The notes: a model not told the origin generated them from the sequence alone. DNA of 64,000 nucleotides from Amphiscolops sp. MND2022 (GCA_964187785.1 OZ076409.1:11286001-11350000); one strand, 5' to 3'. Shown: positions 26,174-38,929, counted from the first letter of the stretch. Made by a program: numbers and translations.

Positions 26174-26512
26174 ATGTCCTCAAGACATGCACCGAGAATG
26201 TTCGATTCTTCCTTGATGCCAGTGAGGTCATGCCTGCGAGTGAACGACGAGATTGTCTCAAACTATGGACCTCCGCTTGGAAAGATTATCACGTTCCATA
26301 TCAATTTCCAAGTTTGTGGTGAGCTCACTCCGATTGTACCTTTTCCGTCACCTTCCACACCTCAAGAAATAACAGTGCAACCTTCATCTGTCAGAAAATT
26401 CAAGAGTCAGGTCCGGGTAACGTTTTCTCCCTTCCACACAACGATTGAACCGAATGGTCGGTGGTCCAACACATCCGTTGCAACGCTAGAGAAGAAGAAT
26501 GAGCACTGGTAG
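26174..26512 (+). CDS. Small unknown Polinton accessory ORF (112 aa)
   Basis: ATG-initiated open frame, divergent from PolB; no motif recognised. Confidence 0.3.
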   Translation: MSSRHAPRMFDSSLMPVRSCLRVNDEIVSNYGPPLGKIITFHINFQVCGELTPIVPFPSPSTPQEITVQPSSVRKFKSQVRVTFSPFHTTIEPNGRWSNTSVATLEKKNEHW

Positions 26513-26699
26513 CCGGGGTCTATTTATGGCGAACCCTTGTACATATTGAACTTTCAAACCATTTCATTTGTTTTTGTTTCTTGCTTTTGTTTTATCTTTC
26601 AGCTTTGTTGTTTTTTCCCATCACGATGTTTTTCCCATCACTTGAATACTTCATCTGTGTGCTCGTTGTTTTCGAAAAATATTGATGGAAAAAATTGAA

Positions 26700-27000
26700 T
26701 TACTCAAGACAGCATTGAAAGGAATGTTTTACATATCGCAGTATTTCTTGTTCACTTATGAAAGGATTGAGGTTGAATTTTGCGCCAAATATAAGAGTAG
26801 CTATAGAAATGCAAAAAAGTCCACACAAGTGTGAGTCTAAGATTTGCAGGTGAGCTTGTATGACCTCTGTCGTTCCCAAATTTGCGAAAGATAGTCGATC
26901 ACTAACATGAAATTAAATGTTGAGTACAAGTTCACGCGGATCAGCCAATGAAGACTTGTTTTCTAAGTTGCTAAGCAAAAGCGCTATGTAGAAGAAGGTA
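26700..27000 (-). pseudogene. Adenain-like cysteine protease remnant
   Basis: Manual translation near 26852-26793 gives HLQILDSHLCGLFCISIATL (Q…S..CG.FC motif), directly downstream of the major capsid. Confidence 0.6.
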
Positions 27001-27014
27001 TCGGAAGCTATGTA

Positions 27015-28287
27015 GTAGTTCTTTGAGACTTTTCTGCTGCTTTTGGTGTAAATTTTGGAAGCAGTCCCCCCCAATAAAAGTACTTCTGTAATTTGTGCCA
27101 AGGCAATATCAAACGGTAAAGTGGTTGAGATTGAAGCACTTGTAAGTTCAGGATGTAAATAATCGTGTGATGCTTGATGCGTACTGATTAGCTCGAAAAC
27201 CAAAAGATAATGATTTGCATATTCCTCGGATGATTTTCCGTGACTAAACTCATGAAACGCGAGTGTCCCATTGATTTCAGATACATCTTTTTATTGGTGT
27301 CAGTTTCTAAGAGTGTTCCAGGAAATAGATGACCACTACGATAGACTGTTATGCAGCGAAAACCGAATTTTTGATGGTGGAATGAGTTCGTTGTTTTAGC
27401 GCCCACAAAGCCAGCAATGGTTGACAAGGCAAGTAAAAATCTCCGAACTGGTTGAACGCTAATGACATTTTCTTGATCCCAACTTTGTTAGTTTTGCTCG
27501 ACTAGAAATGTTCTTGGAAATATCTCAGTGTACCGATTCCGAGTAGTGGGTTTCGCCAAAGTTTTTTCAGTTGCTAATTAGGCATTCTCGGTGAGAGTCA
27601 TTCCACAAACGTACAAAATGGCTTGTGTTGTATTAATTTTGTAGTCTTTTCCTGCGTCGTCATAAACCTAGGGAAATTCGGACAAGGTTCGAAGAAAGGA
27701 CATTCTCAGCTCAGCGATGCTCACAAGATGTATTTCGCATGAGAAAAAATCAGAGGCCACTCTCCCAATGAAAGTTACAGTGGTGGCTGAAGATCTTGTT
27801 TTAGGTTCTCTCTTTGTTAAATCTTTCAAAGGTATGTACTAGGGCTGGATTCATAGCTACAACCCTGACATTCCAAACAAGTGTTTTTGGTTTCGTCGTT
27901 GTGGGAAAATTCTGGTACAATGAAGGCTTTGTGGGCATAAAGTCCATTTGCAGAAAAGACATTTACTCCTTGAGCCGTTACAGTACAATCCGAGATTAAT
28001 GAACGAAGAGTGTTGCTTACAACTTGCGTCTCCAATCACATAATTTGAATAAGTGTTTTCTGCTCTAATAAATTTACACTTCACTTCCAAAAAATGTTTT
28101 GTATATCGATAACGTTGGTCCGGTCTCCTTCAACCTCAAACCCCAACATTGGTCCGTTTGGAGCATACAGCAGGTCAATTTTCTGCTCGAAAGACTCGTC
28201 AAAATTGACTAGGAGTTGAGATCTTTCAAAAATAATGAGCTAAGTGTGCAAGGTTTCGATTGGTAAAGCGTTACTGCTAATCACCAT
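27015..28287 (-). pseudogene. Polinton major capsid protein remnant (double jelly-roll type)
   Basis: GPMLGFEVEGDRTNVIDIQNIF/EVKCKFI; SNTLRSLISDCTV…NGLYAHKAFI; C-terminal LPFDIALAQITEVLLLG…SSRKV. These match Polinton MCP motif patterns. Confidence 0.8.
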
Positions 28288-28321
28288 TTCTTACTCTAGA
28301 GACAGACTCTGATCGACTTCT

Positions 28322-28620
28322 TCATGTAAACTTTTTACATCGAATGAATCGTTTGCCTCTTCTCTTTCTTTTGGATCGACCCAATTGTTTCTTTACAAGT
28401 TTGCGGACAGCTGTTCGCATAAGTTGGTGTCTTCTTTTTTGATGGCACGTCAAACAACTCGGGTATGATTTGTGATAAAAAAAGTCTTTGCAAATGGATT
28501 TGACAGCGGGGAGCAAAAACTCTTCGGCGAATGCAAAGCTACTTGTCCAACCGCAGCTGCTAATGGCCTGAAACCACTTCCACTTTGTCTTGCAGTTCCG
28601 AGAAATAGGGTAGTTGTGCC
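28322..28620 (-). pseudogene. Polinton/adintovirus basic core-type protein remnant
   Basis: GTARQSGSGFRPLAAAVG (QxGxG motif), FLLPAVKSI and an Arg/Lys-rich tail KKQLGRSKRKRRGKR. Confidence 0.6.
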
Positions 28621-28629
28621 TGGTGGGCC

Positions 28630-29258
28630 TAGTATTGTTCAATTTATTGAAACTGAGAGCTAGTACACCGGTACCAACAAAAGGAACTTGCTGTCCAGTA
28701 ATGGACATCAACTCAGTTTGAATTTCTTCAATTGTACTAGTTATGAGCTTCTTGAATTGTAGCTCAGTGAAATTTTTATGAGATGTATTTGAAGTGTTTC
28801 AAAGTTTCCCGTCTTGACATTCTTCTGTGTTTCTGATAGTTTGCCAAAAAGGCGACTTCACTCCAGCAACATGTTGATGTTCCATGATGTTGATAATGAC
28901 AAAAAACACGACGGGTTCCAACTGTTAGACCTGGAGGACTTCGTAGTTCGCTCATTTGGAAAAGCCTCCTCGATGTATCTGGCACTGCTTCGATGCCCCA
29001 AACATCAAAGACGCCCGTGACAATTATTCCTTATCCACCTTGTAAAACTAATTTCAATGCCATCCTCGGCATAATAATGAGCATAAGATAATGGGTTTTT
29101 GGTTTCAGTGGCCTTGTCTACCCGCCAGTCACCATCCAAACGATTTGGGTGAGCCAAGAGGTTACGAATCACTGGCCTTGTATTACCGTTGTGTGTATTC
29201 ATGGAACCTGCTGATTTCAGGTAAATGTCGAAATTTTGAACGAAATGAATTCGTCCAT
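28630..29258 (-). pseudogene. Polinton minor capsid (penton) remnant
   Basis: FDIYLKSAGSMNTHNGNT…NLLAHPNRLDGDWRV; IMEHQHVAGVKSP; C-terminal IQTELMSITGQQVPFVGTGVLALSFNKL. Confidence 0.75.
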
Positions 29259-30100
29259 TGACTTTCATAAGTTCGAGTTCATGAAATTTTCCGTTGATTT
29301 TATCACCACTTTCGTCCCTAAAATTGTATGTTGGGGGTTTGAACGTTGAAGTTTTGTTTATTGTAAACATTTCGTCCGTGAAATTTTGTTTATATTCCTC
29401 TTTGTAGGATAACTTTTTTTGCAATGCGAATTTCATCGCTGAGTCTAAACTAAACTTTAAGTTTTGATAAGTTTTGATAAAGATCGTAGATGTGGCGCGT
29501 GCTTCAGGTAACACTGTTTGGGGCTAAATTTGTTCCACTATTCACGCGTGAGTTTATTGTGCTGACAAATTGAGATCGCTTGCTGTTGTAATGATATGTC
29601 CATTTGTTTTCCATTTAGTTGTACAAGATATTTTCAAGAGAAAGAAAGTTTCTCTTTGCAACACCTGACGCTAGTTATACGTTGCTATTCCTTTCTTGTC
29701 ACAAACGTTTTGAAAGCTACTTCGAATTCTGCTCCCTTGTCTGACCAAGTTTTCTGCTATTGCTTTTTTTCAATCTTCTTTTCGAATGCTTTAGCAGCGT
29801 CAGGAGCACTTTCCGATCGCGTTGGTACATCTTCATAACACATCCACTGTTACAAGTAATCATCTAACACCGTTGTTATATTCAGCCACCTTGTCCACAT
29901 AGGCGACATGTCAAATCAAGTGAACGAGGCTTTTCCGATTAAACCTTGTAATATTGGACGGAATGCTAAAAATTACAATGTGGCGTTGTGATCAGAGCAT
30001 TCGAATCAAGTTCGAATCTTTCTTGACTCACTGTTTTGAGTGATCAAGCATGTCCTTCATCCCTACCAAGCTTAGAAATCTACTAATGGCAATAAATAAG
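29255..30100 (-). pseudogene. Polinton retroviral-like integrase remnant
   Basis: YVDKVAEYNNGVR*LLVTVDV; WSDKGAEF; C-terminal YKQNFTDEMFTI…PPTYNFRDESGDKINGKFHELELMKV. Confidence 0.85.
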
Positions 30101-30127
30101 GCATTTGGTGGGGAGAGGGCAATTGAA

Positions 30128-30575
30128 AACATTCCCGGACCGCCCCAAGTCGGCGCCGTATCTAAGGCTCAAAATTAGCACAAGGACTTCAACGTGTCAA
30201 AGTATTCTCTTCCACGGCACCCAAAAAAATTCAAAGGGTTGACACTTAGGGATTTTTCAAAAAGCCATTCTGTCGCAAAACTCCAAAAAATTGAAGGGGT
30301 CGCCCTTTAGGGAAAATTTTCCCGAGAAACTAAGTTTCGCAATGCCGAATAAAATGAAAGGAGGGACGCTTTGGTCTCGTCCGGTATTGTATGTTACGCG
30401 GGAAACCTTTTTGGTTCAGTTCCTTGGGCCAACAGGTACAATTTGGCGTCTTCTTAAAATTTCGTAGAACTTTTGGTACAACTATTTCGGTCACTTCAGG
30501 TGTATCGAATAAAAAACACTGACGAAACGCCATGACTATAGTCGACTCTTTTCTCAAGAAACGCACCGACTAAAA
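30128..30575 (-). mobile_element. Helentron/DINE-1-like non-autonomous element
   Basis: Subterminal inverted repeats agtcggcgc / gcaccgact, remnant terminal hairpin and A/T-run ends; same family as 52645-53309. Confidence 0.6.
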
Positions 30576-30866
30576 CGAATCGATGAGCAGTAAGATCGTA
30601 GTGATCTTTAGGAAGTCACTTTGAAAGCACAGCTTCAAGCCGACCATTGCTCGACCAATTGGCTGAATTATGGTGTCATAACTTGCTATCATTAGGAATT
30701 TTCACATTTTATTACGGATCGCTTGATGTATCTCAAAAATGGGGGAGCTCAAATTCTAGTTTTTTCTTCAAATCATTTGTCCAATTGTACATACAGAACT
30801 TACAAATCTGTGAATATTATGAACAATATTTCGACATTGTGGGATTTTTCGCAGAGTTTCCAGTCA

Positions 30867-31068
30867 TCACTGTTTCTTCACGAACTGCAAAGCTACTCCA
30901 TCGATGCAGTAGCGCGTATCAGCATCGACGTCAGCGTTGTGTTGCTTGGCGTCGTTGAACTTGTGACCTAGATGAGCCCCGCAGTGCTTGCATTCGACGG
31001 AAATGAGATAGCGTTTGGGCATCTCTCTCAAGTCCTCTCTTTCTACCATGTTCTCAAAACTGTCCACG
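30867..31068 (-). CDS. msrB: Methionine-R-sulfoxide reductase B, exon 2
   Basis: Acceptor ttttag at 31070-31069, phase 2 matching exon 1. CKHCGAHLGHKFND…RYCIDGVALQF, then stop. Confidence 0.92.
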
Positions 31069-32348
31069 CTAAAAACAGTTTTGCTATTTACTTTCCCCAA
31101 CAAGCAAAACTTTGACCTTGACGAAATAACCTTGAAAAAGTGACATATTAAAAATCCAAGTTTTTATATCGATGTAAATTGTAATGTGCATATATTATTA
31201 TGTGCTAAATCGGCTTGAAAACGGCCCAAAATGCAAATTTTCTCAATTTTTTTTCTTAAAAAGCCGCGATATTGACGGGAGTTGGAAAAGAAGAATTCCA
31301 TTTTTCAATATTCAAAAAGTAACTTTTCTAATTGCATTAAACCTTTCCTAGTTAGTGCTTCTGAATAAGCACTACCAAAGATGGTAATATAAGTTATTCT
31401 GGTTGCTTCTCATGAACAGAGTTGCAGAAGCAATGAATGACTCAAGGATACAACAAATTTGATAGACACTTGACATAAACATGCATGCATCACATCACTT
31501 CTTCCTCATGTATACCCCTAGGCTATAGCCAGGTTGCTTGGCGTATTCACCCGTGTTGACATCAAATGCATTTTCATTCATGACCATGATAATTACCTGC
31601 TTGCCATAATTAAATTCATAATTAAATTCATTGAATGCGATTGAATCGGTTTTTTAAATGTTTTGAAAAAACAATAAAAATCAATTATTTCAAGTTGTTG
31701 CACTCCGCAAGTACTAAAAAAGTTTCCGAGTTCAAAAATTCGTTTCAACGTTAGTTGCGTTGTCGCATTCCGCTGTTTTATGAATAGATGTTTGATAATG
31801 GAGAGCTTTGTATTTCAAGGAGGCACACGGGTTGTCGACTCGGGCAATCAATAACGGCGAATTCTCAAAAAAAATCCTAACCACAATCATTTTGACTAAC
31901 AACTTTAGTTTTCGAAAATCACAAACTCGGCCGAAATTCTTACCAAATAAGCAGTTTTTACAAGAATCTTAAAAGTTGGTACAAGAATCGCAAATTTTGT
32001 TCGTTAAATGTCAAACATTTATTGTGTAAGATTCTGATAACATTTTGCAAAAACTGTATCTCTTCGTAAGAAATTCCCACAAAATGCATTGCATATTTTT
32101 TCGGGGAAAAAATCGACCAAAAATTTGTTCAAAATTTTTTGGAATTGTCTTCTGTCTTTTTTGAATGACATTGCATGGTCTCTTTTTCAAAAATCTGTAG
32201 GCTGTGCGGACATTTTTCAAAGCACAGCGAAATGCTGCCTTCTTGAAATTCCCCTTTTTCAACATTCTTCATGTAAAAACTTCACGCTGCGAAAATGACA
32301 CCGAATTCTCAAAATATCCAACCCTAATTGTTTTTGTTCACAAGATAC

Positions 32349-32593
32349 CTAAACGCTGGCCATCCGCATTCAGAGTGGAATTTGTCTTCGGACTTGAAGA
32401 GGGCCGCGTTGCAACACACACAATAGTAGACACCATTTTCGTCATGCTTCCACAGGGGGGATGACTTCGGTGGTTCTTCTCCTCTGTGTCGAGTGACCTC
32501 AATTGCTTCTTTGGAAAGTCCCCGTTTGGCCCAATCTTCGTCTGTCAGTTTCTGATACTCCTCTTTAGATGGACGGTTATCTTCCTTGGACAT
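32349..32593 (-). CDS. msrB: Methionine-R-sulfoxide reductase B, exon 1 (spliced product 148 aa)
   Basis: LTDEDW…VTRHRGEE…GVYYCVCCNAALFKSEDKFHSECGWPAF. Donor AG|GTATCT at 32348; 1280-bp intron. Confidence 0.92.
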
Positions 32594-33069
32594 TGCTGGG
32601 GGATTCTTCGAGAAGAGAACTCAAATCACTTTTTCCGCTCTATGCGATTACGTATCAAAAAAGATACCCATTCGATTCGTATCAAAAAAAGGTTCCCAAA
32701 GTAACATTTCCAAAAAGTAGACTCTATACGTTAAATTTAAAAAGAACAAAAATAGATTCATATCTTCAAATATTGATCTTAATGCCGTATAGTTCCCCGT
32801 AATGCTTTTCAATTCAAATCGAAAATTTTCAGAAAACTTGCATGAACTTTTGACATTGATGATAAAACTGCGTATTCCTAATTTTTGTAGAATTCTTAAG
32901 GCCACTACAATCGCATTAAAAACGAAACAGAAAAAAGCGGACTAAAACAGATCTTGCCGGCTTTCATTTATCTTTTATTGAAGGAACTAATTTGGTCCAA
33001 AAGACACAGCTGTTTTTGAACAAAACCATTCACCCAACAATTTAGTTGTAGTTACAAGATTGAAGTAGA

Positions 33070-34443
33070 CATTACGATACATATGCCGCAAAGAGCTAGC
33101 AACTTCTTGCTAGTTCGATTAACCGCCAAAAAAACTCATTCTTATTTCAGATGCGCGTTACTAGTTTTGCTCGTTACACTGCTGTGTGAGTCGGCGTTAC
33201 GCGTAGTGATCGAAATACAGTAGATGACTACTTTACACTCTCTACAATTACGTACTTAGACTGGTTTCCACTTTACACACGAAGACGGAAAAAGATTGTT
33301 TTACACTTTAACCTGGTACACATTTTGACTGGAATTCACTTTCAAAGTGAAAAACAATCAAAGTGTGTAAGTTAGTGATCAAAACACACTGCTCACCAAA
33401 AGTAGCAAACTTGGAAAGAAAATTGGTTCAAAAGCGTTATTTTTTTATTTATGACTTTCGTTAAACATGAGTTACTTCACAACACACTTTTTCATTGCAG
33501 ATAGAAAATCTGGAAAAAAACTTTGTTCATCAAAAATGATAAACAATTCCAAATACTAAACCTGAATGTGAAAGAAAGTTTAGAATGAATTTAAACGAAA
33601 ATAAATTACCTGTCTCCAACATTTGAACACCCCACAGAAGCCATGTCACCCTGACAGGTGCTGCTTGTCACCCTTTTGTCGTGAGAGCCCCCAACAGAGG
33701 CAGCGAAGATTTCGGTTGATTCTCTGACAATTCTCTGAAACATTCATTATTTCTAAAATGGAACGCAACCCAGTCAACTAAACTTGTCGATAAAACTTTC
33801 ATGCACCGAATCATAATATAATTTCAATCATTTCACAAAACAAGTATAAAAATTATCATATATTTTAAATATGTATACATGTTACATTATTTATACGTGA
33901 TATGTATACATAATCTTCAATGTCTGCAATTATAGCAGATTAGTGTATGTTGGAAAAAATTGTTTTGGTGTAAACCATTCAAACGTAATTGTCACATGAT
34001 GTCAATTAGTCAAATTGGTGTAAACCAGTCAAAATAATTACCGACTGCAATTACAATGTGAAGCGTATCTATGAAAAAAGAAGGCAATAGGTTGAACTGA
34101 TTGTTTGGTGTACAGTAGTCAAACTTTGCACAGTTTCCCCGTTTTAATGAATAATATTTCAATGTACTCAAAAATAAATTCTGGCAAATAGTGACTAGTT
34201 TTCACTTCATCGACGTTACGGATTTCAGACTGAAAAATCTTGACTGGTTTCCACTTTTCTCTAATTACGCTCAATGATCACAATCCGAATTTTTTGCAAT
34301 TTCTGATTACACTGATTACAATTATCGCAATCCACGATGAACACGATGCACTGTTTGACTAGAAAACGGTTCGTTATCGTTTTACGAAAAGTACACTTTA
34401 CACTTGATGATATTTTCCCTTTTGCGGCATATGTATCGTAATT
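33070..34443. mobile_element. Non-autonomous TIR element, long form (CMC/EnSpm-like)
   Basis: 22-bp perfect TIR attacgatacatatgccgcaaa, possible 2-bp TSD GA, and internal repeated actggtttccac motifs. Confidence 0.8.
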
Positions 34444-35911
34444 GAAAAGTTAAGTTTTGTATGATCTCGGTGTGTTTGAAAGCGTTTTCGACTTGATGCA
34501 AGCTTTTCAGAAATATCAGCGAGTTTCCATAATCATTGAAAAACTTACCTTAATGGCAGCCCGTGTTAATCAAACTTTCAATCGTGGAAGCGACACATCT
34601 AATGCGGTTAAGGCACGCATTCAGCGCCCAACTATCCTAATTTTTTGAGAGATTTTCGCGGTCATCATAGTTAGGACAGTAAAGATTACTGTTTTTTTCA
34701 CAAAAACCACCACTTGATAAAAGTATTGTAGTGGAGTTCACAGGAACTGTTTGAAAACATGTGTTTGAATTAATGTCAACATTATTGAGATACCTGTCAA
34801 AAGAAATCATTGAAAAGAATCAGTTGAACGGAAGACTGACTTAGTTCCAATACGTACTGCATCAATTCAACAATCAACACTTCATTGTTGTTAACGTTGT
34901 TAACTGAAGTTCACCCAGTTACCATCCAACATGGCGCTGCAGGCGTGAAACTATCTTTAATGCAACTTCGCTACCTCATCTCCTGGTTTTGCCTGTCTTC
35001 TGGCAGAGATGCGAATGCCACACTATCTAAAGAATGAGAAAAGTGGCTTGACTTGTTTCACGTTGCGATAGAGCCGTTATGCTTATTCGATCTTTATCAC
35101 AGAAATGACGGGACAGCCAATTCAGGGATCGCACATTGATGAGGGACTTGACCGAAGATCCTGCCAACAAAAAGGTAAAAAGGTAGTATGTACAATGCAT
35201 ATACCTAAAGCACATTGTGAAGCTGCTAGAAGGCAGTTCAGAGATAAAAACATCCTCAAGTGAAATTTTGGGAACTAAAAGCTGGCGAGCAGAGTCAGAT
35301 GTGCACCGAAGGCTTCTTGAAGAACAGAAATCGCACCTTAGAAAGGCACCATTTTTTGCACGAATGCAACAACCTGGAGAAACGCTGTATCATTTCTGGC
35401 ACGCGCTAAATGGCCGTGCAATTTTGGAAAAACTACTAAGACTTTGGTTGTGGGTATGTTCAACATTCACAAAGCAACAAAACAGTCGAAAAAAATTGTG
35501 CATCGAACCACGCAATTTGCGAAAAAAGCCTCGGAGCCGTTTTTACAATTGATTCAAAAAGATGAAGAGTGGCAACCAATTAGTTTTGCGTTTAGATTTT
35601 CCGCAGACTTTGAAGCAAAGTATTCTATCAAAGATATAGAATTTTCAACAACAGTGCAGGCAATTGAACAATTTAAAGACTAAATATAGACAGTGTAACT
35701 TGACGCTTTATTGTCTGTCCTTAAACCAGACAGACGGAGTAAAACACTTTCAAGGCGATCAACACGATGGGTAGAAAAAATATTACCATTTGATTTCGTA
35801 TTAGTTTACCACTGAATTAGTATTGCTTAGTGTAGGGGCGTCAGTGAAAACAGAAACACCAAGGAAAAAATAATTTATTGTGAATTGTGTAATCAGATAA
35901 AATGATGTTTC

Positions 35912-36686
35912 AGACAGCAGCGCGGAAGTGAGTGAAAGAAACAAGGCGAAGATTAGAATTTTGAGATAGTTCCTGTCAACCGAGTGATTAAAGCAGAAAT
36001 GAAGCAATCAATCTGATCGCTGCAACAACTCACTACGCGGGGAACAAGAAAGAGTAGTCGTAGTAGTACCGAATTGAAAGTGTGAAGGTGTCAGAGCCCG
36101 TCTCTTTGCACATTGAACGAAGAGGTGTTACCTGGTAAAAATGCGGCATATACGTTCCGGGAGAAAATAGTAACTTTGAAAGAAATTGTAATCGCACAGC
36201 AGGAAACCGACTCCATTTGTCTTGGCTGGTATATTCCAATCATTTTCATTGGACAGAAGACATTTTTTTCTATGGATAACCACCTCCTCATTCCTCAAGA
36301 CAGCAGCGCGGAAGTGAGTGAAAGAAGCAAGGCGGAGATTAGACTTTTGAGATAGTTACTGTCAACCGAGTGATTAAAGCAGAAATGAAGCAATCAATCT
36401 GATCGCTGCAACAACTCACTACGCGGGGAACAAGAAAGAGTAGTCGTAGTAGTACCGAATTGAAAGTGTGAAGGTGCCAGAGCCCGTCTCTTTGCACATT
36501 GAACGAAGAGGTGTTACCTGGTAAAAATGCGGCGTATACATTCCGGGAGAAAATAGTAACTTTGAAAGAAATTATAATCGCACAGCAGGAAACCGACTCC
36601 ATTTGTCTTGGCTGGTATATTCCAATCATTTTCATTGGACAGAAGACATTTTCTTTCTATGGATAACCACCTCCTCATTCCTCAAG
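35912..36686. repeat. Tandem duplication, ~386-bp unit x2
   Basis: agacagcagcgcggaagtgagtg at 35912 and 36298; copies near-identical. Confidence 0.95.
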
Positions 36687-36839
36687 CCAAGCGGGCAATA
36701 ATATTGTGTTTCTTACTTGAAAATTTCTCAAAAACTAATTGTTAAAGTCCATAAAATCTTTTCAGGATGGCTAGGCGCGATATTTTTACATATCCCAACA
36801 ACAAAACAAATTCGTCAAGTTCATAGAAGCAACATATTT

Positions 36840-37250
36840 CAGGTTTTGGGGTCCCTAAGAAAATAAAGGACCGATTCAGCAATACAAAAGTTTTTCACGT
36901 CATTCGATACAGAAAGTGGAAAATGTCAATTAGGTAGAGAATAAACAACCAAGACCGAAAACATATTCTTGGTACCTTGATTGGTACCACCAGTATATCC
37001 AATCTGATTGAACTTTTTCCTGAACCATTTTTGTGACCAAAATCGTGATTAGGCTTTCAAGTAGCTGCACTTATCTAAAATCGATCCTAAGTGACTTGTG
37101 TTTTTGGAGAGAAAAAATCGAATGCTTTCGATGAATCTGAAAAGCAGCAGAAAGAAAGTGATTTCGCTCAATGAGATCTCAAATCTTTCCATTGATGGAC
37201 ATAAACAAATCAATTGAGACAAAGTTTGATTGAAAACCGAACTAATGATT
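36840..37250 (-). mobile_element. LINE RT fragment inside the Gypsy element
   Basis: Nucleotide similarity to 39311-39600 (taccaccagtatatccaatctgattgaac…gagacaaagtttgattgaaaacc). Confidence 0.55.
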
Positions 37251-38929
37251 TGACAGGGAAGAAATTTCAGAACTTAATGACGAAGGTTGCTGATGTAAAT
37301 GTTTTCCGAATGGCAACGACAGTTTGCTCCTCTGACACTCGTTGTTTGGAATGTTTCTTGATACAGACAAAAGTTCCCCAAAAGGGAATACTCCTTCAAC
37401 AGCTGTCACGATTGACTAATTGGATTTTGTGGAAAACTTTATCAATGGAATTTTCAGCTGCAATCTTTTCAGAATTTTAAGCACAGAAAAAATATATGTT
37501 TGTGTCCATACATCATTTTTCAGGATGATCTGATGCAAATATTTCACATACCCCAACATCGAAAAGAGTAGTCGTCGAGTTGCTGAAGCAACATATTACA
37601 TATTTTGAGATTCCGATGAAAAAAGGGCCGATTCAGTAACGGTTTTCATGAGCGATGAATTCTTGCCATTTTGTGAACAATTTTGGAATAAAACACAGAA
37701 CCTGTCCAGTGCACGATCACAGGGAGAATGTCAAAATAGAACAGCTAATACGTACAGTAAATGAACGATTGCGTGCGAATAAACAAATGATGATAAGTTT
37801 GTGCTGTCCGAAATATTTTGCCCTCCGAATAAAAAACGAAACCGGATGGAAGTTCACTTTTCGAAAAACAGTTGGAGAGAGAGCCAAATACCGTAGAATT
37901 GAACGTAAATGGAATGTTCTTGGCTGTTTTAGAAGGTGACTCCTATTTTGAACTGCAGCAATCCGACTTCCAAGAAGACTTGGACTCAGAAGTGCTAGTT
38001 CGAGAACAAGCTAAAGGCTCAAAACTGGAAGGGTTTTTTGACCGCGACGAAGCTAAGGTGATCGAAGACACTCCCCACACAGTCGCAACGCTACCAAAAA
38101 AGTCAGGAAAGCATAAAACATATTATTGTATTCAAAACGAGGCGTCGCTATTTCATCAAGCGAGCAAAACTGGGCTTTAAAAAAGACTGGGAAGAACAGC
38201 CAGCAAGACACCGTCGTGTCTTCAAGTTCGGAGGACGAAGATATAATTAGGAGACAATAAAAAAGAAGTTGTGGCCGGCGATGGCAATTGAGTTTGAAGA
38301 AGTGTCCTACGTTCTCAAGCAGTGTGAATAGTGAGAGGCCAGCAGCCCCCGAGAACGTGAAACGTGAGAGGGAGATAAGACGAGCAAAAGAGCGGGATCG
38401 CGCCTGGTGATAAAGATGCCGTATTCCCTGGAATTAGACCAAATGGAGGGCCAAGCAGAGCATGAGAGGTTGCGCCAATGAGAACGCTGGAGAGAGAGCG
38501 CAAGGCAAGACAAAGAAATGGCATTGATGTAATGCAACTTGAAAGCCAAAGAAAACCATATTAATCAGAAACTTTAACTTTACATTGAGTTTTGAAAAAC
38601 TACATCCTTTCGTTTTGAAACTAACTTTACATAACTTAACAAAAACAGTTTAATTTTGTGGACCTTTATATATTACAGTTGAATAAAAAAATTGACGTAC
38701 ACATATTGTGGATTAACCTTTCTCAATGAAAAGGGGGTGTAGTAGAAGTCATAGTCTATTTGTAAAGATGTGTTTAAAATAATGGTAACAATAATGAGAT
38801 ACCTGTCAAAAGACTTTTTAAAAAGAATCAGTTGAAGAAAAGACTGTATTAGTTCCAATACGTACAGCATCACTTCAACATTCAACACTTTAAGTTTGAC
38901 TGAGTTTCACTCAGTTACCCTCCGACAAG

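Larger units (their letters stand above)
21337..30110 (-). mobile_element. Degenerate Polinton/Maverick (adintovirus-like) endogenous element
   Basis: Colinear remnants of integrase, minor capsid, core protein, major capsid, cysteine protease and protein-primed PolB. TIRs and packaging ATPase not found. Confidence 0.9.
34727..38927 (+). mobile_element. Old degenerate Gypsy LTR retrotransposon (LTRs 34727-34931 and 38738-38927)
   Basis: LTRs TGTAGT…ACA are similar to each other. PBS TGGCGCTGCAG at 34932; PPT GAAAAGGGGG at 38728-38737. Gag scrap QQPGETLYHFWHALNG, RNase H WQPISFAFRF…KYSIKDIE, integrase PVHDHRENVKIEQLIRTVNERL. Confidence 0.85.

Noticed and set aside
30570..30866. SECIS/selenoprotein interpretation of msrB
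   Set aside because: The catalytic codon is Cys, there is no in-frame TGA, and no convincing SECIS stem is visible.
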